Positions 1 through 9,367 of a stretch of 38,815 nt of DNA are shown here, in pieces. Numbering within the stretch: position 1 is the first letter of the stretch; each line of letters opens with the position of its first letter. Under the pieces are notes generated by a model that saw only the letters and a program-made list of their open reading frames with translations, ran no database searches and had not been told where the DNA came from. This DNA comes from a virus (Duplodnaviria > Caudoviricetes). The position numbers and the translations under genes are program-made. Where the stretch lies: IMG/VR virus record IMGVR_UViG_3300043447_000765, positions 1-38,815 of that record; one strand, given 5' to 3'.

Positions 1-127
1 AAAGACCAATCCCCGTGAAGCGTTGCGTCATCCGGCCATCTCGGTCGACCAGCGGGCCCTCGCAGAAGAAATCCTGGCCGAGTCGCTAGAGGAAGAAATG
101 CTCTCTCCTACCGAAAAGGAAGTCCGG
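1..127. repeat. Terminal direct repeat (assembly circularisation overlap), identical to 38689-38815
   Basis: Exact 127-nt match between start and end; it falls inside a continuous ORF; 127 is a common assembler k-mer size. Confidence 0.97.
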
Positions 128-625
128 TCGCTTAAAAAACAGCTCGCCGATCGCGAGGCCGCCGAACGGGCCGCCAAAGAGCAGTCCGAATCAGCCCGGG
201 CCGCCGATCTGGAGAAACAATACACCGCAACCTATCAGAAACAAATGAGCGAAGCCCTCACTGGCGCCGGCCTGCCTGTCACCAACAGCACGGTCAAAGC
301 GATGGCCAGCTATCTGCAAACTGCGCTCGAGAACAACATGGACCTCTCCCCGGCAGACGTGGTCGACCTTGTAAAGGACGAATATCGGCGCCAGATGACA
401 GAACTATTCTCGGCCAGCGACGCCCAAACCATGATCGCCCTGATTGGGGAAGAGGGCCTCTCTAAGCTGCGCCAATATGATACCTCCCGCATCAAGACCG
501 CCGTTCCCCCCGTCGTTCCGGCCGACAAGCAGGGGAAGGCTAGCGAAGGAAAGAAAGAGCGACGGGCTTCAACATGGGCCGACAAGGTGGCGGAATTAGA
601 GAAGAAATTTGGCCCCCTTGACTAA
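1..625 (+). CDS. Capsid scaffolding protein, C-terminal part
   Basis: Helical/coiled-coil Glu/Ala-rich sequence directly upstream of the major capsid gene; true start is at 38435. Confidence 0.8.
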   Translation, partial: KTNPREALRHPAISVDQRALAEEILAESLEEEMLSPTEKEVRSLKKQLADREAAERAAKEQSESARAADLEKQYTATYQKQMSEALTGAGLPVTNSTVKAMASYLQTALENNMDLSPADVVDLVKDEYRRQMTELFSASDAQTMIALIGEEGLSKLRQYDTSRIKTAVPPVVPADKQGKASEGKKERRASTWADKVAELEKKFGPLD

Positions 626-646
626 TTAACAAGAGTCATGTACAAT
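618..646 (+). promoter_or_regulatory. Sigma70-type promoter for the capsid gene
   Basis: TTGACT (618-623), 17 bp spacer, TACAAT (641-646). Confidence 0.6.
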
Positions 647-740
647 GCGGCGCCTGTGCCGGATCGCCTCAAAGCGTACCCGCCATCGCTACCGCAACGA
701 ACGCAACCTAAACTATTAACTTTATTAAGGAATTACAACA

Positions 741-1985
741 ATGAGTGTAGTCACTTTAACAGATCTAAACGGCGTGGCCAAACAGGTCTACGGCGAAGAT
801 CTTATCGATCTCAAACCAACGTTCAAACCCCTAACCGATCGCATTAAGTTCTCCAGCCGCGATATGCTGGGCGACAGCTACCACGTTCCAGCCATCGTTG
901 CTTGCAACCAGGGCGTAACATATGCTGGCCCAACTGAAGACGGGTTCACCCTGAACAGCCCAATCAGCATGATCACCAAAGACGCTAGCGTCAAAGGCAG
1001 CCAGATCGCGCTAACCACCGAAATCGGCTACAAGACCGCCGCTTCGTTGATCTCGAAAGGCCCTAAAGCCTTCACCAATGGCACCAAAATGATCATAGAC
1101 GACCTATTAGAGCAGGGCGCAAAACGCCTCGAGCACTCTGTCCTCTACGGTCAGTCAGGTCTCGGCGTAGCAGTATCTTCTGTAAACGTATCGGCCACCG
1201 AAACCGAATTGACCTTCTCAGCCGCGAGCTGGGCACCAGGCATCTGGATCGGCCAAGCCAACGCTCCTGTACAGTTCTACAACGGCGTAACCCTGATTGC
1301 TGACGTAGTAGTAAAACGCATCAGCGACATGTCGGGACGCAAACTGCGCGTAACCGGCTTAGCGGGCCAAATCACAGCCCTGGACGCAGCTCTACCTGGC
1401 ACCCTCGATGCTTTCTGGCTCGGCGCTAAAGACAAAGAGATGCTCGGGATCGACAAAATCATCACCACGAGCGGACCGCTCTTCGGTATCGATAACAGCG
1501 TGTATGACCTGTTCAAAGGCCAAATCTACAGTGCCGGCTCGGCCCAGTTGACCTTCGACAAGGCAACCGACGCCCTGGTTAACGCCATACTGTTCGGTCT
1601 TGATAAGGACGTTGTAATGCTCGTCAGCCCGCGCACCTGGCAGGATCTGAACAAAGACGAAGCAGCCCTCCGTCGTTACGATGCCAGCTTCAAGCCTGAA
1701 GCTCAAAAAGGTAACACCGGTATCAAATTCCAACTGATGAACGTATCGGTTGAGATTTTGGCTCACAACATCGTTAAGGAAGGTGAAGCCTTCATTCTGG
1801 ATTTCGCAGACCTACTCCGTGTAGGCGCCTACGATCTGTCCATGAATACCCCAGGTCACGGTGGCGAGTTGTTCCAGCAAGTTGTTGGAAAGACCGCGTT
1901 CGAAATGCGCGCATATACGGACCAAGCGATTTTCGCAAAACGTCCAGCCCGCATGACCAAGATCACGAACATCGTAAACAGCTAA
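741..1985 (+). CDS. Major capsid protein (HK97 fold, probably with a beta-rich insertion domain)
   Basis: 414 aa after the scaffold, AAGGA RBS, strongly biased codons; C-terminal AFEMRAY...PARMTKITNI resembles HK97-fold capsid ends; followed by a strong hairpin. Confidence 0.85.
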   Translation: MSVVTLTDLNGVAKQVYGEDLIDLKPTFKPLTDRIKFSSRDMLGDSYHVPAIVACNQGVTYAGPTEDGFTLNSPISMITKDASVKGSQIALTTEIGYKTAASLISKGPKAFTNGTKMIIDDLLEQGAKRLEHSVLYGQSGLGVAVSSVNVSATETELTFSAASWAPGIWIGQANAPVQFYNGVTLIADVVVKRISDMSGRKLRVTGLAGQITALDAALPGTLDAFWLGAKDKEMLGIDKIITTSGPLFGIDNSVYDLFKGQIYSAGSAQLTFDKATDALVNAILFGLDKDVVMLVSPRTWQDLNKDEAALRRYDASFKPEAQKGNTGIKFQLMNVSVEILAHNIVKEGEAFILDFADLLRVGAYDLSMNTPGHGGELFQQVVGKTAFEMRAYTDQAIFAKRPARMTKITNIVNS

Positions 1986-1995
1986 TAACATAGCG

Positions 1996-2025
1996 GCCTC
2001 CCACTCTCTTCGGAGAGTGGGGGGC
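1996..2025 (+). terminator. 13-bp stem with a C(UUCG)G tetraloop after the capsid gene (partial terminator or mRNA stabiliser)
   Basis: GCCTCCCACTCTC-TTCG-GAGAGTGGGGGGC; only a weak U-tract follows. Confidence 0.7.
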
Positions 2026-2046
2026 ACCTCCTTTAAGGGATTAAAA

Positions 2047-3177
2047 GTGGTTGCATTAACAGTCGGCGGAAACGTATATCTCTACCCCGAGCGTAAAGAC
2101 AAGAACTGGGGCCAACGAGCCACGGCTTGGGCGGTCGCTATCTCGGCCAATACGGCCCACATTTTCTCTCCAACAGCTCCTCTCGCCTCGGTCGGCCAAG
2201 TACGTCTAGGCAATACAAACAGCCTAGCCTGGCGTAACGCAGGCAACACAAACAACATTCGCTTATACGTGGACGCCCTAAATCGCTTGATTTATGACGA
2301 CGGCGTAACACAAAAAGACTTATCCCTCACCGGTGGCGGCAACGTCCAGAACGCTAACCCGGCTACCGACAATGCGCTGGTTCGCTTCGACGGACCAAGC
2401 GGCGCAGTCGTGCAGAACTCCAACGCAATTTTAAACGACGGTGGCGACCTCTCGCTTGCTTTGAGCGTTACAGCTCCAACGGTAACGGCTTCAACTCTCT
2501 TGCAAATCGGTGCGGTTGACGTAGCAAAAGCCCTCCCCCCGATTGGCACAATTATTGCGCATTACGACTTCAATGGGGCGCTCGTTCCTGACGCGTCCTA
2601 CTGGAAGCCATGTGACGGGCAAAACCAACTTATCGGCGGCGTTTCGCGCACTACCCCCGATCTGAGTGGACGCTATATCGTAGGTTTCGGAACAGACGGC
2701 GGTGGCGACAACGATACCGCTGCATGGGATACCGCAGCGGTTGGTAACGCGGGTCATACCGTAAACCTTGAGCACGGTCATTTAGTATCTAGCCATACCC
2801 ATAGCATCTCTTCAGACGGCTCCCATAGCCACAATGTCAACAGCCATACCCACGATCAGGGCGACATGGTCGCTCGCGTGGCCCTAAACGATTCCGGCAC
2901 TAACCGGGTTGATACCGATGAAACTGCCACTCCGAGTTGGACTTCCAATAATACCGTCGCAATAAATGGAACCGTCGCCTCGGGTCACTCTATCTCTGTG
3001 GGCTCTAAGGTGTTTGGTAATACGGGCGGTACGTCTCCAGGTACTAACACAGGCGGCGTACATAGCCACGGCGGAGCAACGGGCGCAGCTAGCCCTACAA
3101 CTACGCAAAACCTTTCAACTGCTCAATCTATACAACCTAGGTCAATTCGTGTACGATATTACATTAGAGGTACATAG
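2047..3177 (+). CDS. Tail fibre with a collar domain and His-x-His metal-binding tip
   Basis: Likely GTG start at 2047 after AAGGGA; collar motif PIGTII...W..CDG...PDLSGRYIVG; HGH/HTH/HSH repeats as in T4 gp37/gp12-type tips. Confidence 0.8.
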   Translation: MVALTVGGNVYLYPERKDKNWGQRATAWAVAISANTAHIFSPTAPLASVGQVRLGNTNSLAWRNAGNTNNIRLYVDALNRLIYDDGVTQKDLSLTGGGNVQNANPATDNALVRFDGPSGAVVQNSNAILNDGGDLSLALSVTAPTVTASTLLQIGAVDVAKALPPIGTIIAHYDFNGALVPDASYWKPCDGQNQLIGGVSRTTPDLSGRYIVGFGTDGGGDNDTAAWDTAAVGNAGHTVNLEHGHLVSSHTHSISSDGSHSHNVNSHTHDQGDMVARVALNDSGTNRVDTDETATPSWTSNNTVAINGTVASGHSISVGSKVFGNTGGTSPGTNTGGVHSHGGATGAASPTTTQNLSTAQSIQPRSIRVRYYIRGT

Positions 3178-3180
3178 AAT

Positions 3181-3414
3181 ATGTTTTTTAAACCAAAACT
3201 TGACCCCGCAATTCCTGACAGCTGGAAACTAACCGTCCGCTCAATTAACGGCTCGGTTAATGAGTATGCGGTAGTAAGCCAACTTTTCAAGGAAGACGGC
3301 ACGGTTGAGTTAACAACGATTAGTGATACCACGGTTTTACTGTTTACTAGAAACATTGTAGCCATCGAATTCGATAAGGACTACACGAAAGTACAAGAAA
3401 GAAAGGTGAAATAA
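3181..3414 (+). CDS. Hypothetical protein (possible fibre chaperone)
   Basis: 77-aa ORF with GAGG RBS directly after the fibre gene. Confidence 0.6.
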   Translation: MFFKPKLDPAIPDSWKLTVRSINGSVNEYAVVSQLFKEDGTVELTTISDTTVLLFTRNIVAIEFDKDYTKVQERKVK

Positions 3415-3416
3415 CT

Positions 3417-3587
3417 ATGGACGCACAGGATAAGAAAGCTCGCAAGGGCGCTCTCGATAAGCTTAAGAGATTTTTCGTGCCATCGGTAGAAATTGAAGTT
3501 GAAACCGAAACTTCGGAAGACTCTGAAGAGAAGCGAAAGAAACGAGAAAAAGATAAGGCCGAATTAAAGAAACTAATGGGGCTGTAA
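3417..3587 (+). CDS. Small charged hypothetical protein (56 aa, absent from the ORF track)
   Basis: MDAQDKKARKGALDKLKRFFVPSVEIEVETETSEDSEEKRKKREKDKAELKKLMGL; AGGTG RBS; fills the gap between neighbours exactly. Confidence 0.65.
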   Translation: MDAQDKKARKGALDKLKRFFVPSVEIEVETETSEDSEEKRKKREKDKAELKKLMGL

Positions 3588-3588
3588 A

Positions 3589-4533
3589 ATGGCAATCGAT
3601 TATTCGGTTACTAAACTCATTGCGGACGTAAAGCGTAATGGCTCGGTTCCGACCAGTCAGTCGCTCTATGAAGACGTGGACTTTTGCGCAGCCTTTGATG
3701 ACTGTCAAACCAAACGCATTGTGCCGGCAATTCTAAGCGTACGCGAAGAGTTTTTCGTTGTAGAACAAGATTTTGCAACCGCCGTAACCGAAACGGCCAA
3801 TCGCAGCTCCATCGAGCTACCGGAGCGCGCAATAGGTGAACGCCTACGCGGTCTGCAGCTTCTAGATCAAGCAGGGGTCGTCTTATCGGACATTCCTCGT
3901 TTAAATCCAGAACGTCAGGCGGAAAACTTTTTCCCTGATGTGATGACTTTCGGTTATATCTTCGTTGGCAGCAAGGTCGTATTCCCAACAGCTTTACTAC
4001 AGGGTGGCAATAAAATTCGCATTCGCTATTTTCGGCGCCCCAACAGAATCGTCGATGCAACCCGTGCCGGAAAAGTTGTATCCATCGACTTGGGCACAGG
4101 CAACGTAACGCTCGAAAACGTACCAGCCGGCATGGCTGTCGGTTCAGTCGTAGATTTCATTAAACACAAAGCACCTTTCTCGCCCTTGGCAGACGATGTA
4201 AGCGTGATCGGGCAAACAGGGCTGGCCGTTCAGTTTTCCATAACTAACGCAGCCAAGCTGTCAGTCGGCGATTACATTTGCTTTTCGCAAGAAACGGTTG
4301 TCCCCCAATTACCGGCCGACGTTCACCCAATTCTAGTAGAATATGGGCTTTCCCAAGTTCTTCGCTCACTCGGGGACGACAAAGGCGCCGCAATGATCAT
4401 GTCCGATTTACCTAAACTGGAGCAAAACATATTCGAATTACTTGACGCTAGAGATGATGGTAGCGAACGTAAAATAATTGCCCCCGGTTCTTTGTGGGGT
4501 CGCAGAGGTAATCGATGGCTTCGCAGATTCTAA
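3589..4533 (+). CDS. Head-tail adaptor (T7 gp11/P22 gp4-like position)
   Basis: N-terminal helix (LIADVKR), beta middle (IRIRYFRRP), C-terminal P..VHPILVEY helix; precedes a nozzle-sized gene. Confidence 0.65.
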   Translation: MAIDYSVTKLIADVKRNGSVPTSQSLYEDVDFCAAFDDCQTKRIVPAILSVREEFFVVEQDFATAVTETANRSSIELPERAIGERLRGLQLLDQAGVVLSDIPRLNPERQAENFFPDVMTFGYIFVGSKVVFPTALLQGGNKIRIRYFRRPNRIVDATRAGKVVSIDLGTGNVTLENVPAGMAVGSVVDFIKHKAPFSPLADDVSVIGQTGLAVQFSITNAAKLSVGDYICFSQETVVPQLPADVHPILVEYGLSQVLRSLGDDKGAAMIMSDLPKLEQNIFELLDARDDGSERKIIAPGSLWGRRGNRWLRRF

Positions 4534-6926
4534 AGTTTTCTATCAGTTCCTTATATACTAATCCGAATCCGTTCAGTGCGGCCCCTGCCGGCTCACTTGC
4601 TATCGCCAACAATATTGTCATCGATCGCGAAAACATCGGTGAAAGCCGACGCGGTTTCAAACAATACGGCCTCCCGCTTGTCGGATTAAAAAAGTATCTT
4701 CGTTATAACGACACGCTACTAGCGCATGTCGGGACAACGCTTCGCTATGATTCTGACAACGCCGGAACTTGGGTTTCATACAGCGGTTCATTTACAGAAC
4801 CGGCTAGCCCAATCGCTATGCAAAGCGCCCAGTTGCAGCAAGCATTATTTTTCACATCACTCGGCGGAGTCTATCGCCTTGACACCGTCACCGGAACTCC
4901 TCGTCGCGCTGGGGTTTCGCCGGGTTTGTCGATGACCCTTTCATTAAATGGGGCAAGCGGATTTTTAGCTAACACCAAAACCGTCGCTTATCGAATCGTA
5001 TTCGGATATCGTGACGCAAACGGCCAACTCGTTCTAGGTTCGCCTAGCCCGCGTCACGTTATAACAAACAGCGCGGGTGCAACCAGAAATGTAAGCATTC
5101 AGTTCGCCGTACCGGCGGATCTCGAAGTGGGGGACGTATATCAAGTTTATCGCAGCGAACAATCGGCCTCAACATCTCCTAGCGACGAGTTGCAACTAGT
5201 TGTAGAAAAATCTCTAACGGCTCCCGATCTAGCGGCGTTCAACGTAACGTATGTTGACAGCATTCCGGACGATCAAAAAGAAGCCTTTATTTACACGGCC
5301 GCTTCACAGGAAGGTATTCTCCAAGCCAACGAACGCCCTCCAATCGCAAACGACATCGCGATGTTTAACCAGCACATGTTTTATTTTAATTGCCGCTTCC
5401 CACATCGAGTAGTCGCGCAGTTAGCAACAAACCCTACCATTGGGAATACCATTACGGTTGCAGGGAAAACTTATACCGCAGCCGCCGCCGAAAACATCGG
5501 CTTGGCTGAATTTAAAGTTGGCACGACTCTTTCTGATACTATTCAGTCTCTGTGTAATGTAATAAATATTAACACCGCCGGCACAACTTTAGTATATGCG
5601 ATTCAGGTGGATGATTCGTCGATTCGCTTTGAAGTTCGGTCCGCAACAGGGGCACTCTTCACCATAACATCATCTAATGCGGCGATATTTAGCAAGGCTC
5701 TTCCGATATCTTCGGTTGCCGAGTCGTACCCGAATCGTGTATATATTTCTAAACCTCAACAGGGCGATTCGGTTCCGTTGTTATCATACCTCGAACAGGG
5801 CAGTGGCTCTGAGGGCATACTTCGTGGACTTAGTGTGCGGGATGCGGTGTTTTCGCTTAAAGGGGATGGGATCTATCGAATAACCGGAACAAACGTAGAC
5901 AATTTTTTAAGTGAACCGCATGACCCAACCGTCGAAGTTATCGCCCCTAACGCCGCTGCCGTTCTAGACAATTTAGTTTTCTGCTTCACTACTTTAGGTC
6001 CAGTCGCAATCGGCGTAAACGGTATCGATGACCAAATTGGGCTACCTATCGAAAGAACGTTAAAGCAATTCAGCAAGCTAAGTAATTTTAACTCAATGGC
6101 TCATGCGATCGGTTACGATTCAGATCGTCGGATGCTATTTGCGCTTCCTGAAGACTCGTCTGTGTCTTCAGCGAACGCTATTTATGTTTTTAGTAATTTA
6201 ACTAAGGGTTGGACTCGGTGGCCTCTGGATGTTACCACCATGATCGTATCAACTCGTAACGACTCGCTCTATCTCGGTCGAGCTACAGATGATCAGCCCG
6301 TTGAAGAGCGCAAGTCGTTCACCCTTTCTGACTACGCGGACGATGAATACGCCGTCACCATCACGGCCTTTACCAGCACAACTGTCACCGTGTCGTCGGT
6401 TCCAGCTGGTGTCGTCGCCGGGATGTCTTTGACGCAAGCAACCAGTGAATCCGTAATCTCCGCCATTAACGGATTAGTCTTTACCTTAGCTACTGCTGAT
6501 CAATTGTGGACCAACGCGGCGGCAACGGTTTCGACACCTATTCCGGTTGAAATGCAATGGATCCCTGATGACGCCTCCAATCCGTCACTTGTCAAGCATC
6601 ACGGGGAGGCGACTTTGTTCTTTGAAGATGCAGGGTTTGATTCTATTGACTTCCTGGTTAGTAGCAATTTCGCGGACGGTTTTTATACCACTTCGCTCTC
6701 TTCGACTTCAACCGGCGCGTGGGGCGAGTTTGAGTGGCCCTCGGGTCCAGATCCAGAGTGGGGCGGCGGTCGCGGCGGAATCGAAGCCATAAGAACTTTC
6801 ATTCCGCGAGAAACAACTAGAGCGTCCTGGTTAAACATTAGACTGGAGCTTAATCAGGCGTTTACTTCGTTTTCGTGCGCCGGATGTGAAATTAAGTTCA
6901 ACGTAATGGACACCAAATTTAGGTAA
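4515..6926 (+). CDS. Tail nozzle/tubular protein (T7 gp12/P22 gp10-like)
   Basis: 803 aa, beta-propeller-like; ANNIVID..SRRGF start, NRVYISK and IYVFS..TKGWTRW motifs. Confidence 0.7.
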   Translation: MASQILKFSISSLYTNPNPFSAAPAGSLAIANNIVIDRENIGESRRGFKQYGLPLVGLKKYLRYNDTLLAHVGTTLRYDSDNAGTWVSYSGSFTEPASPIAMQSAQLQQALFFTSLGGVYRLDTVTGTPRRAGVSPGLSMTLSLNGASGFLANTKTVAYRIVFGYRDANGQLVLGSPSPRHVITNSAGATRNVSIQFAVPADLEVGDVYQVYRSEQSASTSPSDELQLVVEKSLTAPDLAAFNVTYVDSIPDDQKEAFIYTAASQEGILQANERPPIANDIAMFNQHMFYFNCRFPHRVVAQLATNPTIGNTITVAGKTYTAAAAENIGLAEFKVGTTLSDTIQSLCNVININTAGTTLVYAIQVDDSSIRFEVRSATGALFTITSSNAAIFSKALPISSVAESYPNRVYISKPQQGDSVPLLSYLEQGSGSEGILRGLSVRDAVFSLKGDGIYRITGTNVDNFLSEPHDPTVEVIAPNAAAVLDNLVFCFTTLGPVAIGVNGIDDQIGLPIERTLKQFSKLSNFNSMAHAIGYDSDRRMLFALPEDSSVSSANAIYVFSNLTKGWTRWPLDVTTMIVSTRNDSLYLGRATDDQPVEERKSFTLSDYADDEYAVTITAFTSTTVTVSSVPAGVVAGMSLTQATSESVISAINGLVFTLATADQLWTNAAATVSTPIPVEMQWIPDDASNPSLVKHHGEATLFFEDAGFDSIDFLVSSNFADGFYTTSLSSTSTGAWGEFEWPSGPDPEWGGGRGGIEAIRTFIPRETTRASWLNIRLELNQAFTSFSCAGCEIKFNVMDTKFR

Positions 6927-6928
6927 CA

Positions 6929-7294
6929 GTGATGGCTAAATTACCCCCATTAAAACGCCTTATGTTCCCGGTCGATAACGATCCTCAAAGGCTGTTTACA
7001 GCTTTAAACAGCTTTTTCCAGAACGTTTTCCAGGCCCTAGACGGTCAGCTTGAGTTCGGCCAGAACGTTAAATCCCTTATATTGGAGCTCCAGGTCGTTG
7101 GCGGGGAAGCCCTGGTCCTCGCGAATCCCATGGATCGGCCTCCAATAGGCTGCCTAGTGCTGCAGACAATAGGCGAAGGGGTGACGGCAGCGGTGCAGCC
7201 TTTATGGCAACAGTCTGGAAACGACATAGTTATCAGTGCCTTTACAGGATTAACTGCTGGAAATAATTACACAATTCGGGTTCTTTTCATTTAA
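6929..7294 (+). CDS. Putative virion structural protein
   Basis: 121 aa with an N-terminal helix and a beta domain, inside the tail operon. Confidence 0.55.
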   Translation: MMAKLPPLKRLMFPVDNDPQRLFTALNSFFQNVFQALDGQLEFGQNVKSLILELQVVGGEALVLANPMDRPPIGCLVLQTIGEGVTAAVQPLWQQSGNDIVISAFTGLTAGNNYTIRVLFI

Positions 7295-7309
7295 CAAGAG
7301 GTATGTACT

Positions 7310-8311
7310 ATGGGAATGTTTGATTTTTTTGAAGACGCATACGACGCAGTAACCGACAACCCGATCGGCGATTTGGTTAGCAGCGCTCATGACGTCGTTC
7401 TGCAACCCTTAGGGATCGCCGAGAGCGAAACCAGTAAGGCCCAGCGCAGGCTGGGGAGAGGCCCCGAGCTTCCTGATATGAATCTAGAGCAGTTTGCCAA
7501 CGCGGGTAGTCAGGCTGACCAGTTTCAGCGTCTAGGCGCTTCCCGCTTTGATTCTATCAATGAGGACGGTACGCTTAGACAGGCACAAATTGGTGCCCTC
7601 CGTGGCCTCCAAGATATCGCAAACAATAAAGGCCTAACGGACGCCGATAAGGCTCGCCTGCAAGAAATTAACCGCGATCAGCGTATCGCCGACCAAGGTC
7701 AGCGCTCGGCAATCACTCAAAACGCCCAGCGTAGAGGCATAAGCGGTAGTGGTCTAGAACTCGCATCACTTTTAGGACAAAATCAGGGTAGCGCCGATCG
7801 CGCCAATTCTCAGGCCTTAACGGTTGAACAGCAAGCTTCCCAAAGAGCTTTAAATGCTTTGAGTCAAAGCGGCGATCTCGGTGGTCGTATTCGTGGACAA
7901 GATTTCGGTCAAGCTGCTCAGAAAGCTGAAGCCGCTGACATGATCGCTCGTTTCAACAATCAGATGCTTAATAATGCCCGCGCTAACGATTTAGCCAACA
8001 GACAACGTTTAGAAGAGATGAATCGTAACGTCCGAAATCAACAATATATTGCAAATACGTACGACCTTCCCCAACAGCGCTTTAACCAGCAAGCCGGCTA
8101 CGATATGACACGCGCAGGTAATAAAGATCAGCGCACCCAAACGCTATTCCAAAATGCGGCCAACATTGGTGCAGCTGTAGCAACGGGCGGAGCATCAGTT
8201 CCGGGTCAAGTAGCTAGCGGCAGTTTCCTCCGGGCTCCTACTCAGAGCGGAACGCCTAGCTTGACTGGCAATAACTACGACGACATTTTTAACTTCAAAC
8301 CTAATTTCTAA
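7310..8311 (+). CDS. Putative DNA ejection/internal virion protein
   Basis: Q/A/N-rich helical protein with RRGISGSGLE motif; GAGG RBS; position after tail genes. Confidence 0.6.
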   Translation: MGMFDFFEDAYDAVTDNPIGDLVSSAHDVVLQPLGIAESETSKAQRRLGRGPELPDMNLEQFANAGSQADQFQRLGASRFDSINEDGTLRQAQIGALRGLQDIANNKGLTDADKARLQEINRDQRIADQGQRSAITQNAQRRGISGSGLELASLLGQNQGSADRANSQALTVEQQASQRALNALSQSGDLGGRIRGQDFGQAAQKAEAADMIARFNNQMLNNARANDLANRQRLEEMNRNVRNQQYIANTYDLPQQRFNQQAGYDMTRAGNKDQRTQTLFQNAANIGAAVATGGASVPGQVASGSFLRAPTQSGTPSLTGNNYDDIFNFKPNF

Positions 8312-8319
8312 GGTGTAAG

Positions 8320-9366
8320 ATGGCAACAATCGAAGATCTTTTAAGAGCTAAAGAAGAAGAAGAGGCGCAGCTTTCTGGTGTGCCAGTGCTTCAAGCCCCC
8401 CGCAACGCCCTTCAAAACGTAGCAGTTGGCTTAAATTCGCTAGCTAACAAACGTGACATCACAACTGACCTGGCTCGTCTACAGCAAACTGAGCGCGGAT
8501 CCCGCGCTGGACGTCTTGAACAACTTCAAGGCCAAATCGCTGAAAAAGCTAATGCGCAAAAAGCGGACGCAGTGCGTAAACGCTCAGAGGCTTTCCGTAA
8601 CGTTCTTAAAAAAGCTCAGATTCCAGCCGAACAAAAAGAACTGCTGGACTACTTAGAACCTGAAGAACTTTCAGGAGCGTTGTCTGAATTAACTAAAGGC
8701 ATGCAGTTGGCTAAGCAACGTAAAGAAGCCGCGCAAGCTGAAATTGCCGTAACCCGCGTTAAAGGCGACGAAGCCCGCAAAACCTTAGACGTTAGGCAAG
8801 CACAGACTACACCTGTTAAGCAAAACGAATTGTCTAAGAGCCGTGATCGTCAAGCCGGTAAAGACTACAGTCAATTTATCTCAGACGGTGGCTTCTCCGG
8901 ACTAGATCGTCGCATCAATACTCTGGAGAAAACTATTTCCGAGTTAGAACAAACTCCAAACGCAACCGGTCCTATCCGCGGCCTGTTGCCTGACAAGGTG
9001 AGGGCTGTAACTAACCCTAAAGCGGCAGCTATTAAAGATCGTATCGCCGGCTTGATACAAGAAAGCGCTCGCCAAATTCTAGGTGCTCAGTTTACCGAGA
9101 AAGAAGGCGAGAAATTAGTCCAACGGGCATACAATGATCAGTTAGCTCCGGCGGAGAATATCGCTAGAGCTAAGGCCGTCTTACAGGAACTTAAAGATAA
9201 AGCCTCTATTAAGGCCCGGCAGATGAAACACATTGAAGAAAAAGGGTCTTTAGAGGGATTCGAAATACAGGAATCCCCTTCAGAGGTAAGGCGTCTAGAT
9301 CCTAAGACTGGACGCGTTGCCATCTTTGATTCTGCGACCAAAAAGTTTATAAAATACGAGGAATAA
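8320..9366 (+). CDS. Putative ejection/internal virion protein
   Basis: Coiled-coil; LGAQFTEKEG motif resembling P22 gp20-like injection proteins. Confidence 0.55.
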   Translation: MATIEDLLRAKEEEEAQLSGVPVLQAPRNALQNVAVGLNSLANKRDITTDLARLQQTERGSRAGRLEQLQGQIAEKANAQKADAVRKRSEAFRNVLKKAQIPAEQKELLDYLEPEELSGALSELTKGMQLAKQRKEAAQAEIAVTRVKGDEARKTLDVRQAQTTPVKQNELSKSRDRQAGKDYSQFISDGGFSGLDRRINTLEKTISELEQTPNATGPIRGLLPDKVRAVTNPKAAAIKDRIAGLIQESARQILGAQFTEKEGEKLVQRAYNDQLAPAENIARAKAVLQELKDKASIKARQMKHIEEKGSLEGFEIQESPSEVRRLDPKTGRVAIFDSATKKFIKYEE

Positions 9367-9367
9367 A

